A stretch of DNA of 63,502 bases, counting the filler. It is 10 parts of 10 records of this genome, joined end to end, with 100 filler letters (N's around TTAATTAATTAA, not from the genome) between each part and the next. Parts side by side here need not be neighbours in the genome. Positions count along the whole stretch, not along the records: positions 32,098 to 35,989 come from SRR15195285_715; positions 36,090 to 43,654 come from SRR15195285_716; positions 43,755 to 48,582 come from SRR15195285_718; 7 more parts are not named here. One strand, given 5' to 3'. The translations under genes were made by a program, and so were the position numbers. Shown here piece by piece: positions 32,443-44,464 of the stretch. A model generated the notes under the pieces. It saw only the letters and a program-made list of their open reading frames with translations. It did not search any database and had not been told where the DNA came from. Positions within the stretch are counted from its first letter, which is position 1, and the number at the start of each line of letters is the position of its first letter.

Positions 32443-35400
32443 TCACACGATTACGTTTACCTTCACGTCATCCCCGTTGCCGCGGCTAAAGAGAAGCTCG
32501 TGTGTGCCACCATACATTTTCTTGCTGCCATCACTGGTGGTTAGTGCGAACTTGGTTCGTGGGATCGCGAACGCCACCGTCGCACTGGACCCGGCAGAAA
32601 CGCTCACTCGTTCAAAGTCTACGAGCCGACGAATCGGCACCGGGTGAGATGCACCAACCGCTTCCCGGACGGCATCTGAGAGCGTGTCATACACAAGAAC
32701 AACCTCGTCCCCTGCGAGCTCCCCCGTGTTCTTAACCGTACAACTGCAGTGGATCGTGCCTGCATCGTCATCTGCCGGCGGTGAGCACGTGCAGCTGTGC
32801 GTAAACGTGGTCAGAGACATTCCTGTTCCAAAGGCAAAGAGCGGAGTCCCGCGGTAGTATCTATAGGTTCGACCGGGAGAGGACGACATGTCATAGTTCT
32901 GCAACGGTTGAGGCGGCAGGATTCCATCGCCAGTCGTGTAATTTTTCGAATAGATTGTGACGGGTAGCTTTCCCTACCGCCACACGCAATTTTCACCACG
33001 AGGCAGCATTTGCACTAAAAGAAACTGCGGATGTGCGTTTTGCTTACCCAACGGTTTGCATCGCCGAACAGTAGCGCCGCAAGCTGTGGAGTGTTGTGCC
33101 CCTATTATTCCAGACAGCCAATGTCTACTTAGTGCCACCGTACACTTCAAAAGCTAGCGAAGCGGATGTGGGTAGAGTAAGGCAATCGTATAGCCGACGC
33201 ACAGGGTCGAACGTCTCCACGATCGCATGTGAGCCTCCAATTAAGCCATCTAGCGCAATCGAGCACCCGTTGCTCAGCAAGAGCAGTGTGGGTTTGCCTA
33301 GAGCAAATACTCCTGATGCCAAGCTCAGCTGAGCTTGATCCAAGACAATATCGGGTCGGTCGTGTCCTTCGCCTTCTGTATTGATCTCACCGAGGGCCAA
33401 GATCACAGTATCTGCCGCTTTAGCGACAGCCAGCGCTGCTGATATGGAACGGTTGACTAAGGAGTGAGAGTGGGCACCAGGCCATGCACTGGCCTGGGTT
33501 ACTCCTCCGACATTACGTTCAGCAATTGCTTGCGTGATGGTGATAATGCATTTGTCCGAACTGTCAGGCCAGCAGCCTCCATAGCCGCCGCCGTTCGGTC
33601 CTCCACCAGCGTAGTCGCTTGTCAGGTGCTGAGCTGAAGCGAAGGGACCAACTCTACAACCACGTACGTACCATCTGTCACAACTACAACACACATAGAA
33701 CCAAGCAGGGGTTCTTGAAACTTACACAGCAATATGACTCCCCTTCTTTAGTGGTAGCATACTATTGGCGTTCTTCAACATCACCATACCTTGCAATCCC
33801 GCCTCGTTTTGAATCTGCTGGTGCAGCGTGCTGTTGATGTCCTCGGCTCCCAGTTCTGGCCAAACGGCCTCATCAAAACGCCCCGCTACAAACTGATTGC
33901 GTAGTCCGCGACGCAGCGCGAGAGAGACGGCTGCTTCAGTGGCGAGCCCTTGCTTGACCGCTGACTCCATGTGCATTGTCCAGATCGTCGATCCCTGTAC
34001 ACCAAGAACTGGGTCAGATCTCTAGGGATTCCACCTAGAGATGCGACATTCGAGGAAGTACCATCTCAAGGTCAGTTCCATTCATAATTGACCACCCTGC
34101 TGCTTCCTCGAATGTTGCTGCAAGCCTTGAACCCCCTGGGTGTGGCTCTAGCAACCCCTGTTCCAGCATGACAAGTTTTCAATGTGTAAGTCTAGACGCT
34201 AGCTTGGTGGAATTATTTTCAATCAATTGTAATCTTCAGATTAGTTTCCAGATACCATCATATTGAGCACAGCACCACAGTCAGTGCTGACGAATGCATG
34301 CACTGCACCCCATCGTTTACGCATCATCTGATTGAGGAGGTAATCGTTCGAGCATGATGGGGTCCCATTGATTGAGGTGTATGAGCACATCACCCCGCTG
34401 GCGTTTGACTTGAATGCTTCCTCGTACTAAAGTACAGTGACCATGCAATACACGAGTCAAAGAAATGGAATCTGGCAGACGGAACCAACGGTATCCATAG
34501 CAGATCATCCAGTGGTGTACCTGCGGCAGGTAGGAATCGTGCAAGTCGTATACGGAGATGTTGGCTTCGCTATGCATGCGATTTGTCTCCCTTGAGTACT
34601 GCAAACACAGAGCAGCATGGTTTCAACCGTGGACTACAGCATGAATGGGCTGATGTCACTACTCACAGCTGTATAGTGTTTCAGGTGCGCCAACATTTTT
34701 GGATAGCCCTTGGCGTTCTTGGTCTGCATTCCAGCTATCATTTCTCGGCCGTACACCCCACTGTGCACGGGATCTTCCGATGACAACTCGGACGTTCGAC
34801 CGAACCTAGGACTACAATTGAAAGTAGAACGTCAGCATACATACACGTGTGCGAGTGACGTGAATACGGCAATGGAAGAGGCACGCACTCCCGAGCAAGA
34901 TTGATATTTGGTCCCCAGCCAGTCAGACCGAGCAGATCGCCTGAGCGCACCCACCCTAGGTTATTCAGCGCGCGGAACTCAGTCCCAATCACATCGCCTT
35001 TCAGGCGCCAGCTGGTTTTGTTGAAACTTGCACCCATGTTCATCGGACCTACAAATGTTGTCGGGCAGCGCCACGGGTCGCTTTTGTTCGCTGTGTAGCA
35101 AGACGCCGCCACATCTGAGTTTGCTTCGACCAGCCAGGAGTACTCCCCGAGACCAATGGAAGGCTTGCCACACACGTGCGTTTCACTGCAGGTCGGAGCA
35201 GCTAGTCAGGCAGGGCAAAATGCACAGTGTTTTACCCAGCAGGGCATACGCGTCCAGTGGCTCACCACGTATTGCCGAGGTCCGGCTGCGGCGAGATGGC
35301 TCGAATTTTCTCAACCAGAGTCATGTTGGCCACGATCCAGTCGACACGTTCGTCGATACTCTTACTGGTGTCGCAGTACGGCATAGACTTTGCGAGCGGC

Positions 35401-35984
35401 GAGGTGCAGCCCTTCATTCCTGGCAGGACCTGCGTGCCTGGCTTGGGTGGCGTCCACGGTGGCTTGCACTCCTCGCACTCACCAGTACACGCGAGGCACT
35501 TCTTCGTGCCACGTTGGCTGCCACACAACGTCAGCGCCTGGGCGGCTAGTGCCATTGAATCCACGGGAGGGCAAGTGGTTGGCCCGACGCTGTCGCACTG
35601 CCCGGGCGAGAGGTCGCTCTCGCAGAAGGTGTGCCCAGGATTGGATCCGCCACAGCCTTGTGGCGTGGAGTTGGTCGCCATGGGCGCCGAGCAGCTCAGC
35701 TTCTTGTGGCAGTCGAACGCTAGCATACGGCTGCATTTCGGCAGGCCGAGATTATCACAGATCTCGTCACCCGTCGTGGACCCGTTCCACCAGCCGTGCT
35801 GCGCAGGGTCCAGCAGCGTGATGTTGGAATGCGGTGCACACGGGCCACCGTCAGTCTGTGCGCACGCGGCGAACTGAGCGCTGTGGCGTGCGCTGGCGAG
35901 GCCGACCCAGGTGCTCTCGTTGGCTGCGGCGACCGGGGGCGTAGCCATCGCGGCCGTGGCCACCCACGCGGCCATCGCTGCCAT
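32443..35984 (-). CDS. GH3 beta-xylosidase-like glycosidase with Cys-rich N-terminal extension and Fn3-like C-terminus (multi-exon)
   Basis: PYCD..IDERVDWIV, WGPNINLAR|DPRFGR, LKHY, VMCSY, nucleophile STDCGA, EGEGHDR, GRTYRYY, PLFAFGTGMSLT, GDEVV. Confidence 0.9.
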
Positions 35985-35989
35985 CCTCT

Positions 35990-36089
35990 NNNNNNNNNNN
36001 NNNNNNNNNNNNNNNNNNNNNNNNNNNNNNNNNTTAATTAATTAANNNNNNNNNNNNNNNNNNNNNNNNNNNNNNNNNNNNNNNNNNNN
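35990..36089. other. Artificial contig linker
   Basis: N-run/TTAATTAATTAA/N-run. Confidence 0.97.
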
Positions 36090-39000
36090 AGCAGCAGCAG
36101 CAGCAGCAGCAGCAGTGGCGGCGACGCGGGCTACACAGAGGGACGGGGGCTACACAGAGGGTGGCTGTCGCCGCGTCTGCCGCCTGGCGACCGTGCCCTT
36201 GCGCTGCTTCAGGCGATGAACCTGTCCGAGAAGGCAGCGATGCTCCACGGGCACCCTGAGCCCAACTGTACATACTCCGGCAAATGGTACTTTTTTGACC
36301 ACCGATCGTTTCATTTTTATTGTACTGCGCACGTGGTATTTGCGACTGCGATACTCAAGGCCCATTCAGCATGTATATCGGTGCTTGAAACAGGTACCGC
36401 GCCGTTCTCAGGAACTGCCCCAAGCACTTGCGTACGTAGCCAATGTTCCCCGCTCGAGTCGCGTCCAACTGATTGCTACTGCGTTTATCTGCGTGTACAC
36501 ACAGTACGTGGGCTTCATACCTGCAAATCCGCGGCTCGGTATCCCCGCCCTGCGCTTGGAGGATGGGCCAAGCGGCGTGGCTGATACAGTCTCGGGAGCA
36601 ACGAAATGGCCTGGCGGCCTGCACTTGGCGGCCATGTTCGATCCTTCCCTGGTCAGTGCGTTTGGCGCCGCCGTCGCCCGCGAGCATCGCGCGAAGGGTG
36701 TATCTGTGATGCTCGGCCCTGGAGTTTGCCTGACCCGCGTACCGACCGGAGGTCGCAACTGGGAGTACGCTGGCGAGGATCCGTTCCTGGCGTACACTAA
36801 CGTACGCGCTTTAGTGCAAGCCGTGCAGCGCGAGGGAGTCATCGCTTGCGCCAAGCACTTCGTCGACAACAACCAAGAGGTGTGCTGCCAGTGAACGTGC
36901 AATAAATCAGATGCATATTGTACGGGCTAACTTGACACTTGGCACTGCCGGTGTGTGTGGTGACGAAAGGGTCCAGGCTCAAACGGCCGTCTCCAAATGT
37001 CAGTGAACGTGAGCGAGCGGGTGCAGCACGAACTGTACTTTGAGCCGTTTCGAGGTGCAGTGGACGGAGGCGCTGGAGCAGTTATGGTGCGCTCTCTAGG
37101 TCGGTAAAGCATCATGGGGCTCACTTGTCCTGGCCTGAACAGCTGGCTTTGCATTGAGCTCCGCAGTGCTCGTACAACCGTGTCGGGAATGTTTATGCAT
37201 GCGAAAACAGACAAACGCTTTCCAAGGGACTCAAGGGACAACTCGATTTCCAGGGATTTGTAGGTCTCACTGCCTAAGACTACCCCCAAATCTGCACTGA
37301 ATTGAGCTGAAATGATTTTTAACTGCACTTCACTGTTGCTAGAATTGCCATGTTAGTAATCCTCGATTTTACCCTAAACCGGGCTAACGACCTGATTCCT
37401 AAAATTGAACTTAGTCATGGAGTTGGACTTGGATTTGGATCAGGTTGTTTCCGACTGGGGCGGCACACACAGCACTCGTCTGGCAGCTGAAGCAGGGCTC
37501 GATATGGAAATGAGCGACGCGACGTACTTCACCGAAGATAAACTCCGAGTTGCAAATGTGACAGAGAGCACAATCAATGGTATGGTGTATCGAATTTTAC
37601 GTAGCATGTTTGCAGCAGGGCTATTTGAGCGAGCAAGCGAGCCTGGGGGAGAAGGGAACATGAGGAACGACGCGCGTTCTGACGCACATCGGAAGCTGGC
37701 AGCTGACCTAGCTGTCGCTGGAACAATACTACTGCGAAATGAGGGCAAACTTTTGCCACTGCCGTCATCATTGGCATCGTTGCTGGCGTCACCAGACTGG
37801 GACATTGCTGGAGACGACGAGCAAATATCTGAACCGGACGCTAAACCAGACAATGTGCGGATCGCTGTAATTGGCGACGAGTTTACAGCCATCGGTGGAG
37901 AAGCTGGTCAGCTGGGATGGCCGGGTCGCGGCCCTGATTACCTAGTAACTCCGTCCGAAGCAATTGCACGCCACCTGGCTGGGCAAAACTGGAGGCCCCG
38001 TGTGGCGTCACGGTGCGTCAAGGCAAACGGCGTGGACTACACCCCCATGCATGATACGTGCGTCACTTCAATCAGTATTGCAAACATACTGTCGTCCCGA
38101 TATATGACATGTCCTATATGCATTTCTGCGCCGCTACCATGCTGCCTTTCCGCCATGGAACACACCCACATGCAGCTCAGATCCAAACATGGCGCCCGGC
38201 TATGAGCTGGGGACCGATATCGACGACTGCACTGCTCGATGTGCTCGATTGCCATGGTGTGTGGGAGTTTCATTCGAACCCGTGAGTTTCCGCTGTTATC
38301 ACGCCACAGCGACCACACCGTCACGATCTGACCCACATAACAGCAGTTTCAGTATGCTGTGCCCGCTAACTTCAAGTGGACAAGAATCGCAACTGCAAAA
38401 TGACACCTGGAGCTACACAGCGGGCCAGGGCAGCGAGGGGGTTACTGCTGCTGCTCGCGCTGCGGCTGCAGCAGAAGTGACGGTGCTGAGCGTTGCGACG
38501 CAAAGTGCTGAGGGCAAGGACCGTGCAGACCTATCGCTTGGTAAACACCAGGAAACACTGATCCAAGCAGTGCTGGCTGCTGCACCTGGTCGAGTGGTTA
38601 TCGTTGTTCGTGCTCCTGGTGCGGTAAGTATGCCGTGGGCGGCTAATGTCACTGCGGCTCGAGCGATCATGCTGCAACTGATGCCAGGCCAGGCTGCTGG
38701 GAGTGCCCTTGCGGCGATCCTCTTCGGTGATACCGAGCCGACCGGGAGGCTACCAATTACATTTCCATACTCAATGGCTCAAAGTTGGCTTGAAAACAAA
38801 ACAAGTCGATTCCCAGGGGTGAACGATTCGGTAACCTGGGCTGATGACCACCAGCCACAGGACGTGCAGGCCACTTACAGCGAAGGCTTGTACATGGGAT
38901 ACAAGTTTTACGGTAGCGCACTTTCTGGCAGCCACAGCAATGACGATGACGACGCTTTTCGCGGCGGATTGAACGGACAATTGCCTCTGTGGCCGTTTGG

Positions 39001-39517
39001 TCATGGATTGGGGTTCAACGAGTGGACATGGAACGATTTACGTGTGGTAGGTATGGTCAGCGAGCACACAAATGCCACTGTGCATGTTACCCTCTCCAAC
39101 TACTACGGCACGACTGCGAGCAGGTGAGACAGTACACGTGCAACTTGCGATCGTGTTTACGACTGTAGGATTGACACCCTTGACATGCTGTGCGTGCGAC
39201 TGTGTTTTAGCACCGTGGTTCAATTGTACGTCGCTTTCCCCAAGCATGCAGATGAGCCATCAGAACTACTTAGAGGATTTATGAAGGTGACAGCGCCCGC
39301 AGGCGGGCAGGCCGTCGCTTCTTTTAGCTTGGATGCACGTGCACTGTCCATTTGGAACGCCACTCCAGGAGTCAACCAGTGGAGCCTGGTGGAGGGCGAA
39401 TTTGGTGTGCGTGCAGGATCCTCTGCGCGAGATGAGCTCGGGCAGTCGTCTCTCCACGGATCGGTGCAATCCAAGCGAGTGTCGCCAAACCGGGAGGCTA
39501 CCAATGATGCATCATAA
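36090..39517 (+). CDS. GH3 beta-glucosidase with PAN/apple-like insertion and Fn3-like C-terminus (multi-exon, 5'-truncated)
   Basis: RLGIPALRLEDGPSG, GGRNWEYAGEDP, CAKHFVDNNQE, VVSDWGG, EGKDRADL, PTGRLPITFP, YSEGLYMGY, PFGHGL, VVQLYV. Confidence 0.9.
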
Positions 39518-39756
39518 TTATCAATACTGGTAGACACTTGATGCCACCAAACTCTGGTCGGTGACTGTGAAACTGTGGAAACTGAGGCTCTACGAGCTTA
39601 TTTGTGCTCAACTCCACTTCATTGCGTTGACCGTCCTCGAATTTCAGTGCAGTCACCACGCAACAGAAGTTTAAGCTGCTGCTAGCAAGCGCCTCTTCGA
39701 AAAGAGGCAGTGATCAAATTAGTCAACTCTCGGCCGCCACAACACCGGCGCGTATG

Positions 39757-42700
39757 CTAGTGCCCACCACCACCGTCCCCCGCCACGATGTGAAGTCCAC
39801 CGTACCCACTGTGGTCACCCCACCCATAGATCGCCGCATCTGGCGACGAAAATGGAAGGCCCGAGCTCGGATCTGAGTAGCGGCTGTAGTACTCAAAGTT
39901 GTGGCCGACGGTGTCGCAGTCCGCGAGAACATCACTGTTACCCACGCCCCACACAGTGCTACCGTCGCTGCTGTCCCAATACCGGAATAGCACAGGGCCG
40001 TATGAATCAGCCCCTCGCTGGTAGACTGGAGCTGCGTCGCAGAGCGTCGCATCGGTCCATCCTGGCCGCGCGTGACGGCCACTGGGGCAATGGCCACGAG
40101 CATGGTCGACGCAATGTGCGTCTACGCGCCTGAATACTCCGCAAAAGGCTGGATCACGACAGCCATTGAGCGTGTAGCTGTCGGCAAACTGCATGGGGCA
40201 GGCAACAAGGCAATCAGAAGAGGTGATAGAAGGACGGGAAGTTTGCCGACAAACAGTAGCAGCTGTAGCTTACTGATGACGTCTGCACGCAGCTTATACA
40301 GACGTCGCACGTCAACCCACTCATCCCACTGCTGCAGATGCAGGTAAACCCGGCAGCTTCACCACTACTCGTGACCAGCGCGCTGCTTGAGATGCAGGTG
40401 CCGCCATTTTGGCACGGATTCGGATCACACTGACCGGTCGGACAGAGCTTGCTCTCGCCGTCGTCGTCGTACAGCGCCACGTCATCAAACGTAGCTACAA
40501 ACGGTGGCTGCAAGGGTGGTGGCGGCCCTCCTGCCGAGGCCTGTACTCTTCGCCCTAATGATGGGTTCTTGCTGCCTTGGCTCGGCGGACTCGTCTGCAC
40601 ACGCCGGTGCTGGCCATTTGCGCAGTCAAATGCCGTCAGCTGTTGCTGTACGCAATCCACAAGCTGAGTCCGCGTCAAAGAAAAAAGTCCACTTTGGCCC
40701 TCGCTGCTAGTCGTGAATCCGTGGTCGATACCGTATGAGGTAGTTGCTCCTGGACCCATCATTGCAACACGAGCGTGCACATTTTGGCAGTGATCACTCG
40801 CTAGGCCAGAGGTCTGGCCACGACAGCGCATTGTCACAGCAGCCAACTGTAGCCCCGGCTCAGGCTCAGGTTCAGGCTCCGTGCCTTGTGTCCGTCGGCG
40901 CCCACTACCAGACGGGTTCGAAGAGCTTGAGCCAAGAGCACCGGGCTGCGCCTGGTTTTCAATTATCTCGGTACAGTCCAGCCCAGCCCAGCTGGGAGTA
41001 CACTCGCACCGATAGGTCGGCGAGTTTAATACACCGTCAACCATAGACAGGGGCATATCAATACAGTCGCCTCCATTCTGACAGCGAGGCATGCTACAGT
41101 CTCCTCGTCCCACAGGTACAATGTCCGTGATGTAGGCAATTGCTGGGTGCTGAGACAACGCAAAAATACTAGCGAGCTGTGCCTGCGCCTCGCTACCGGG
41201 GATCAACATGCCTGGATCGACTAGTAGAGTCGACTGCTCAGAGATAGTCGTTGACTCATCGACGACGTCAATTGTCAGCCTAGTCTCGCTGCTGCACTGG
41301 CTATCTGCTGCGTTCGGGCACTCCCATTCGCCGTCTAACTGCTGATTACAGCGGGATATATCGCTGTAGAATGGAACATCGCAGTTCGCGGTGAACTCAA
41401 TGAAGTACGTACCAGTGACTGCACATGGCCAATCGAACTTGTGGCTGGAGTCAAACATGCCGGATGGGTACGTGCGGAAATCACCAACGTCTTGGCATCG
41501 TAAGTCACTGTGGCACAGCTGCTCGTCACCTCCACAAGGTACGCGCGTGAGACGATCCGGATCGTCCTCGGACGGCATGCACTGGTAATGCTGGGCGTAC
41601 GTTTGACCTCCAGGTGGCGTGACCGTCCACTGGCCAAGTGCGAAGTCATTGCCTTGTATCGGCTCAGAAGATTCGCTGCCACCGAGGGCATTTTCGTGAT
41701 AAATGCCAATAGAAAAATGAGTGCCACTTGTCGATATGCCATTCATGAGTTCTGCTGTGAAAGAGTAGGTGAGACCAGCGACAGCGTGCACCCGAAGCTC
41801 GAACCGCGAGCCAGATCCTCGCAGCTCCTCGCCGTGGTATCTGTAGGTGCAGTCATCATCCCACTGACACTCGATTGCAATGCTCACATCTGTAGCCACG
41901 GATGGAGGGATTGTGATGGCCTCAGGCGCCAGATGCTCAATTGTGCCGACGATTGTTACCTCCAGCTGAAAGTCACCCCCCCCATCCAGAGCCTCGACGC
42001 TGATTTTGACCCCCGCCTCGTTTTGTGTTGCGACCCACTGAAGAACCTTCCGGCCTACTCCGTGTGTCGACGAGTCAAAGCGAGAGGCCATAACATGGTG
42101 GGTGTGGGGCGCGATGACTTGCAATCCACTTCGCTTGAGCACATCGGTGTCCATCGGGACCATCTCAACCTTGTATTCAACGTCTCGCTCCGCTGCGAAG
42201 GTTGTAGTCCAAGCTGGACCACCGGACTGCACTGTTCCATGCTCGGACTTGACCAGCATCCTCGCGTGCGTGCGATCACACTGGGCTGTGAAATCCGTAA
42301 AGGTTCCTGGGAACGCATTGTTAAGGTACTCTTGACAGTCTTGAGAGTACTCCCACCAGATGTGGGCGCAGTCATACTCACAGCGAGACGGGGGTGCCCC
42401 GTCGATACACTCGCCTTCGTCCGTGCAGCATCGAGTGCGTACTTCCTCCTGGACGAGATGCAAAGCAGTCTCGCAGTCATCGGTTGTGTAGCCTGGATCG
42501 AGTAGCAAAGCTGAGTCCGAGCTCATCCCAGAGCATTCCTCCTGCCAAGTTGAGTCCTGCCATGGAGGAAGACTCTCATAGCTCTCAAACTCAGCGAAGG
42601 CTGTTTGCGTGTCTAGCCCTAGTCGCCACCGGTCTGGACTGTCTGACCAAAAGAGATGTACCTGCTGACGTCCACCGCTAGCATGCCATGCTCTTTTCGC

Positions 42701-43654
42701 GCCAATAGTTCGCTGGTCCAGCACGTAAACTCCGTTCGCGAACGGGTGGCATCGCAGTCCCGAGATCGTGATTGTCGATGGGGCAGCTGAGAGAAAATCT
42801 GTAGCCGCCGACTCGCACAACGCTGTGATGACGTTGAACTGTCCGAGGCTACTCTCGCAATGCTCCCACAACGGCAGCCATGCTTCGGCGCATTGAATGC
42901 TGCACGTTGATGGTAAGTTGGAGTTGGCGTCACAAGCGCCCGTGGTGCCAGCGCAGCAAGTGTCGATGACCTCTGGTGCCTCCACATAGCAGTACGATGC
43001 AGCGAAGGAGCCATCCGGTAGCGTCTCGGGCTCACACGTCACACCTTGCCCTAGGTACGACGCTGTTGCGCCATCGGCGGAGAGCACGCATGTGCCAGCT
43101 GTGGGCAGATTGGATGCTCGGTAGCCCTCCTCACAAGTGAGAACACATGGATCCCCGAGATGCCCTCCACTGAGGCAGCCCGAGAGTACGACAACGCCAG
43201 CTGAAGCCACTTCTTCTGCAACGAATTGCGGACAAAGTGGGGCGGGGCTACAAAAGGCAGCTGCTCCGCTGCCAAGCTCGACCAATTGTAAGCTTGCAAG
43301 AGGTAGTGGAGACGCAGAATGGTCAGTGCAGCACTCCTCCGCAGTGCAAGGGTAAGCAGCACATGTGGCAGTGTCGCTCAGGCTGTTCGTCTCGGTACTG
43401 CAGTCGAAGGCAGTGCCGCCGCCATCTATGTCCGCACAGGTAGGAGACACGGTTGCAAGAAGACCGGGAGGTGGTGATGGTGTAAGCACCGAGTTGGAGA
43501 ACTGCAAGTTCTTGGACTCCCAGTCCTCACCGACGAACGCGCGACCTTGGGCGGAAAGTTGACCCGAAAACTCTGTGCCCGTCTGCACGGTTAATTGCAT
43601 GAAGACGACTGGCTCGGCTTCCGCACCGTGGTCTGGATCCATGAAAAAGACTGC
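39757..43654 (-). CDS. Large Cys-rich extracellular protein with EGF-like domains (5'-truncated)
   Basis: EGF motifs CQNGGDC..CECTPSWAGLDC and CDPNPCQNGGTC..CICSSGMSGLTC. Repeated PxxCxxxCAxxW module. Intron 40189-40273 joins the 40214..43642 and 39757..40194 ORFs in frame. Confidence 0.75.
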
Positions 43655-43754
43655 NNNNNNNNNNNNNNNNNNNNNNNNNNNNNNNNNNNNNNNNNNNNTT
43701 AATTAATTAANNNNNNNNNNNNNNNNNNNNNNNNNNNNNNNNNNNNNNNNNNNN
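43655..43754. other. Artificial contig linker
   Basis: N-run/TTAATTAATTAA/N-run. Confidence 0.97.
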
Positions 43755-44464
43755 CCGATGCAGTGCTGTCGCCAAGGGACTGTCCCTGTTCGGCTGTTCC
43801 GAGTGTTCGGCGCGGCCACCCGGGGAGCAAAGAGCAAACATTCGGCCAGTCCCTGCCTTGCCCCAGTCTCCCATATCAATTATCATATGAAAAAATAGGA
43901 GACGGTCTCGCTGAAATCGGATGCGATCCCCCGCAGCCTCATTTCGCCCCAATTCATGGATATTTTGTGATTACACGGTGAGTTAGATGAATAGTATATT
44001 GTCCACCGTTTCTTTGGTTGTAAAGGGGATTTTCCGTCTGCGAGAAACCTGAGAAATGGGGGATCGGTTGGTCAAAAGCCGTGACACGGTGTTGTTGGCT
44101 GTGCAAAGTGCTCGCCGCGTTTTGGCCCCATAGAGCTGAGCGCAACCGTTACGCACTCTCCCCATCCACCCGCTGTGCGCTGGGCGAGGGGAAGTGGAGG
44201 GACTGCGAGAGCGTGCAGGGGTGGAGTTTTCGGCCGACGGCTGTCTGGCAGGATGGCGATGATGGAGGGCGTCGCGGCATAGACGGCGCCGAGGGCCCTC
44301 CAGGTTGTAGCCCTGCCTTTGGTGGTGCGCGTGTGCACCGGAGGGGAGGTGTGGGAAGGAGGGGAGCAGGGCGGCGGGGGGAGACGGCGCGGGGGCGGGA
44401 TGTAGGTAAGATTTGAGGGTCTGGGACTGTGGAGCGAGGGAGGCGGGTGGAGGGGCCATCTGCG

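Noticed and set aside
36270-36510. Possible GC-AG intron in the GH3 gene
   Set aside because: Alternative GT-AG solutions also keep the frame; this cannot be resolved without transcripts.
32098-39517. Apparent divergent GH3-GH3 cluster, or a CAZyme locus with GH31
   Set aside because: The genes lie on different contigs separated by linkers, so linkage cannot be inferred.
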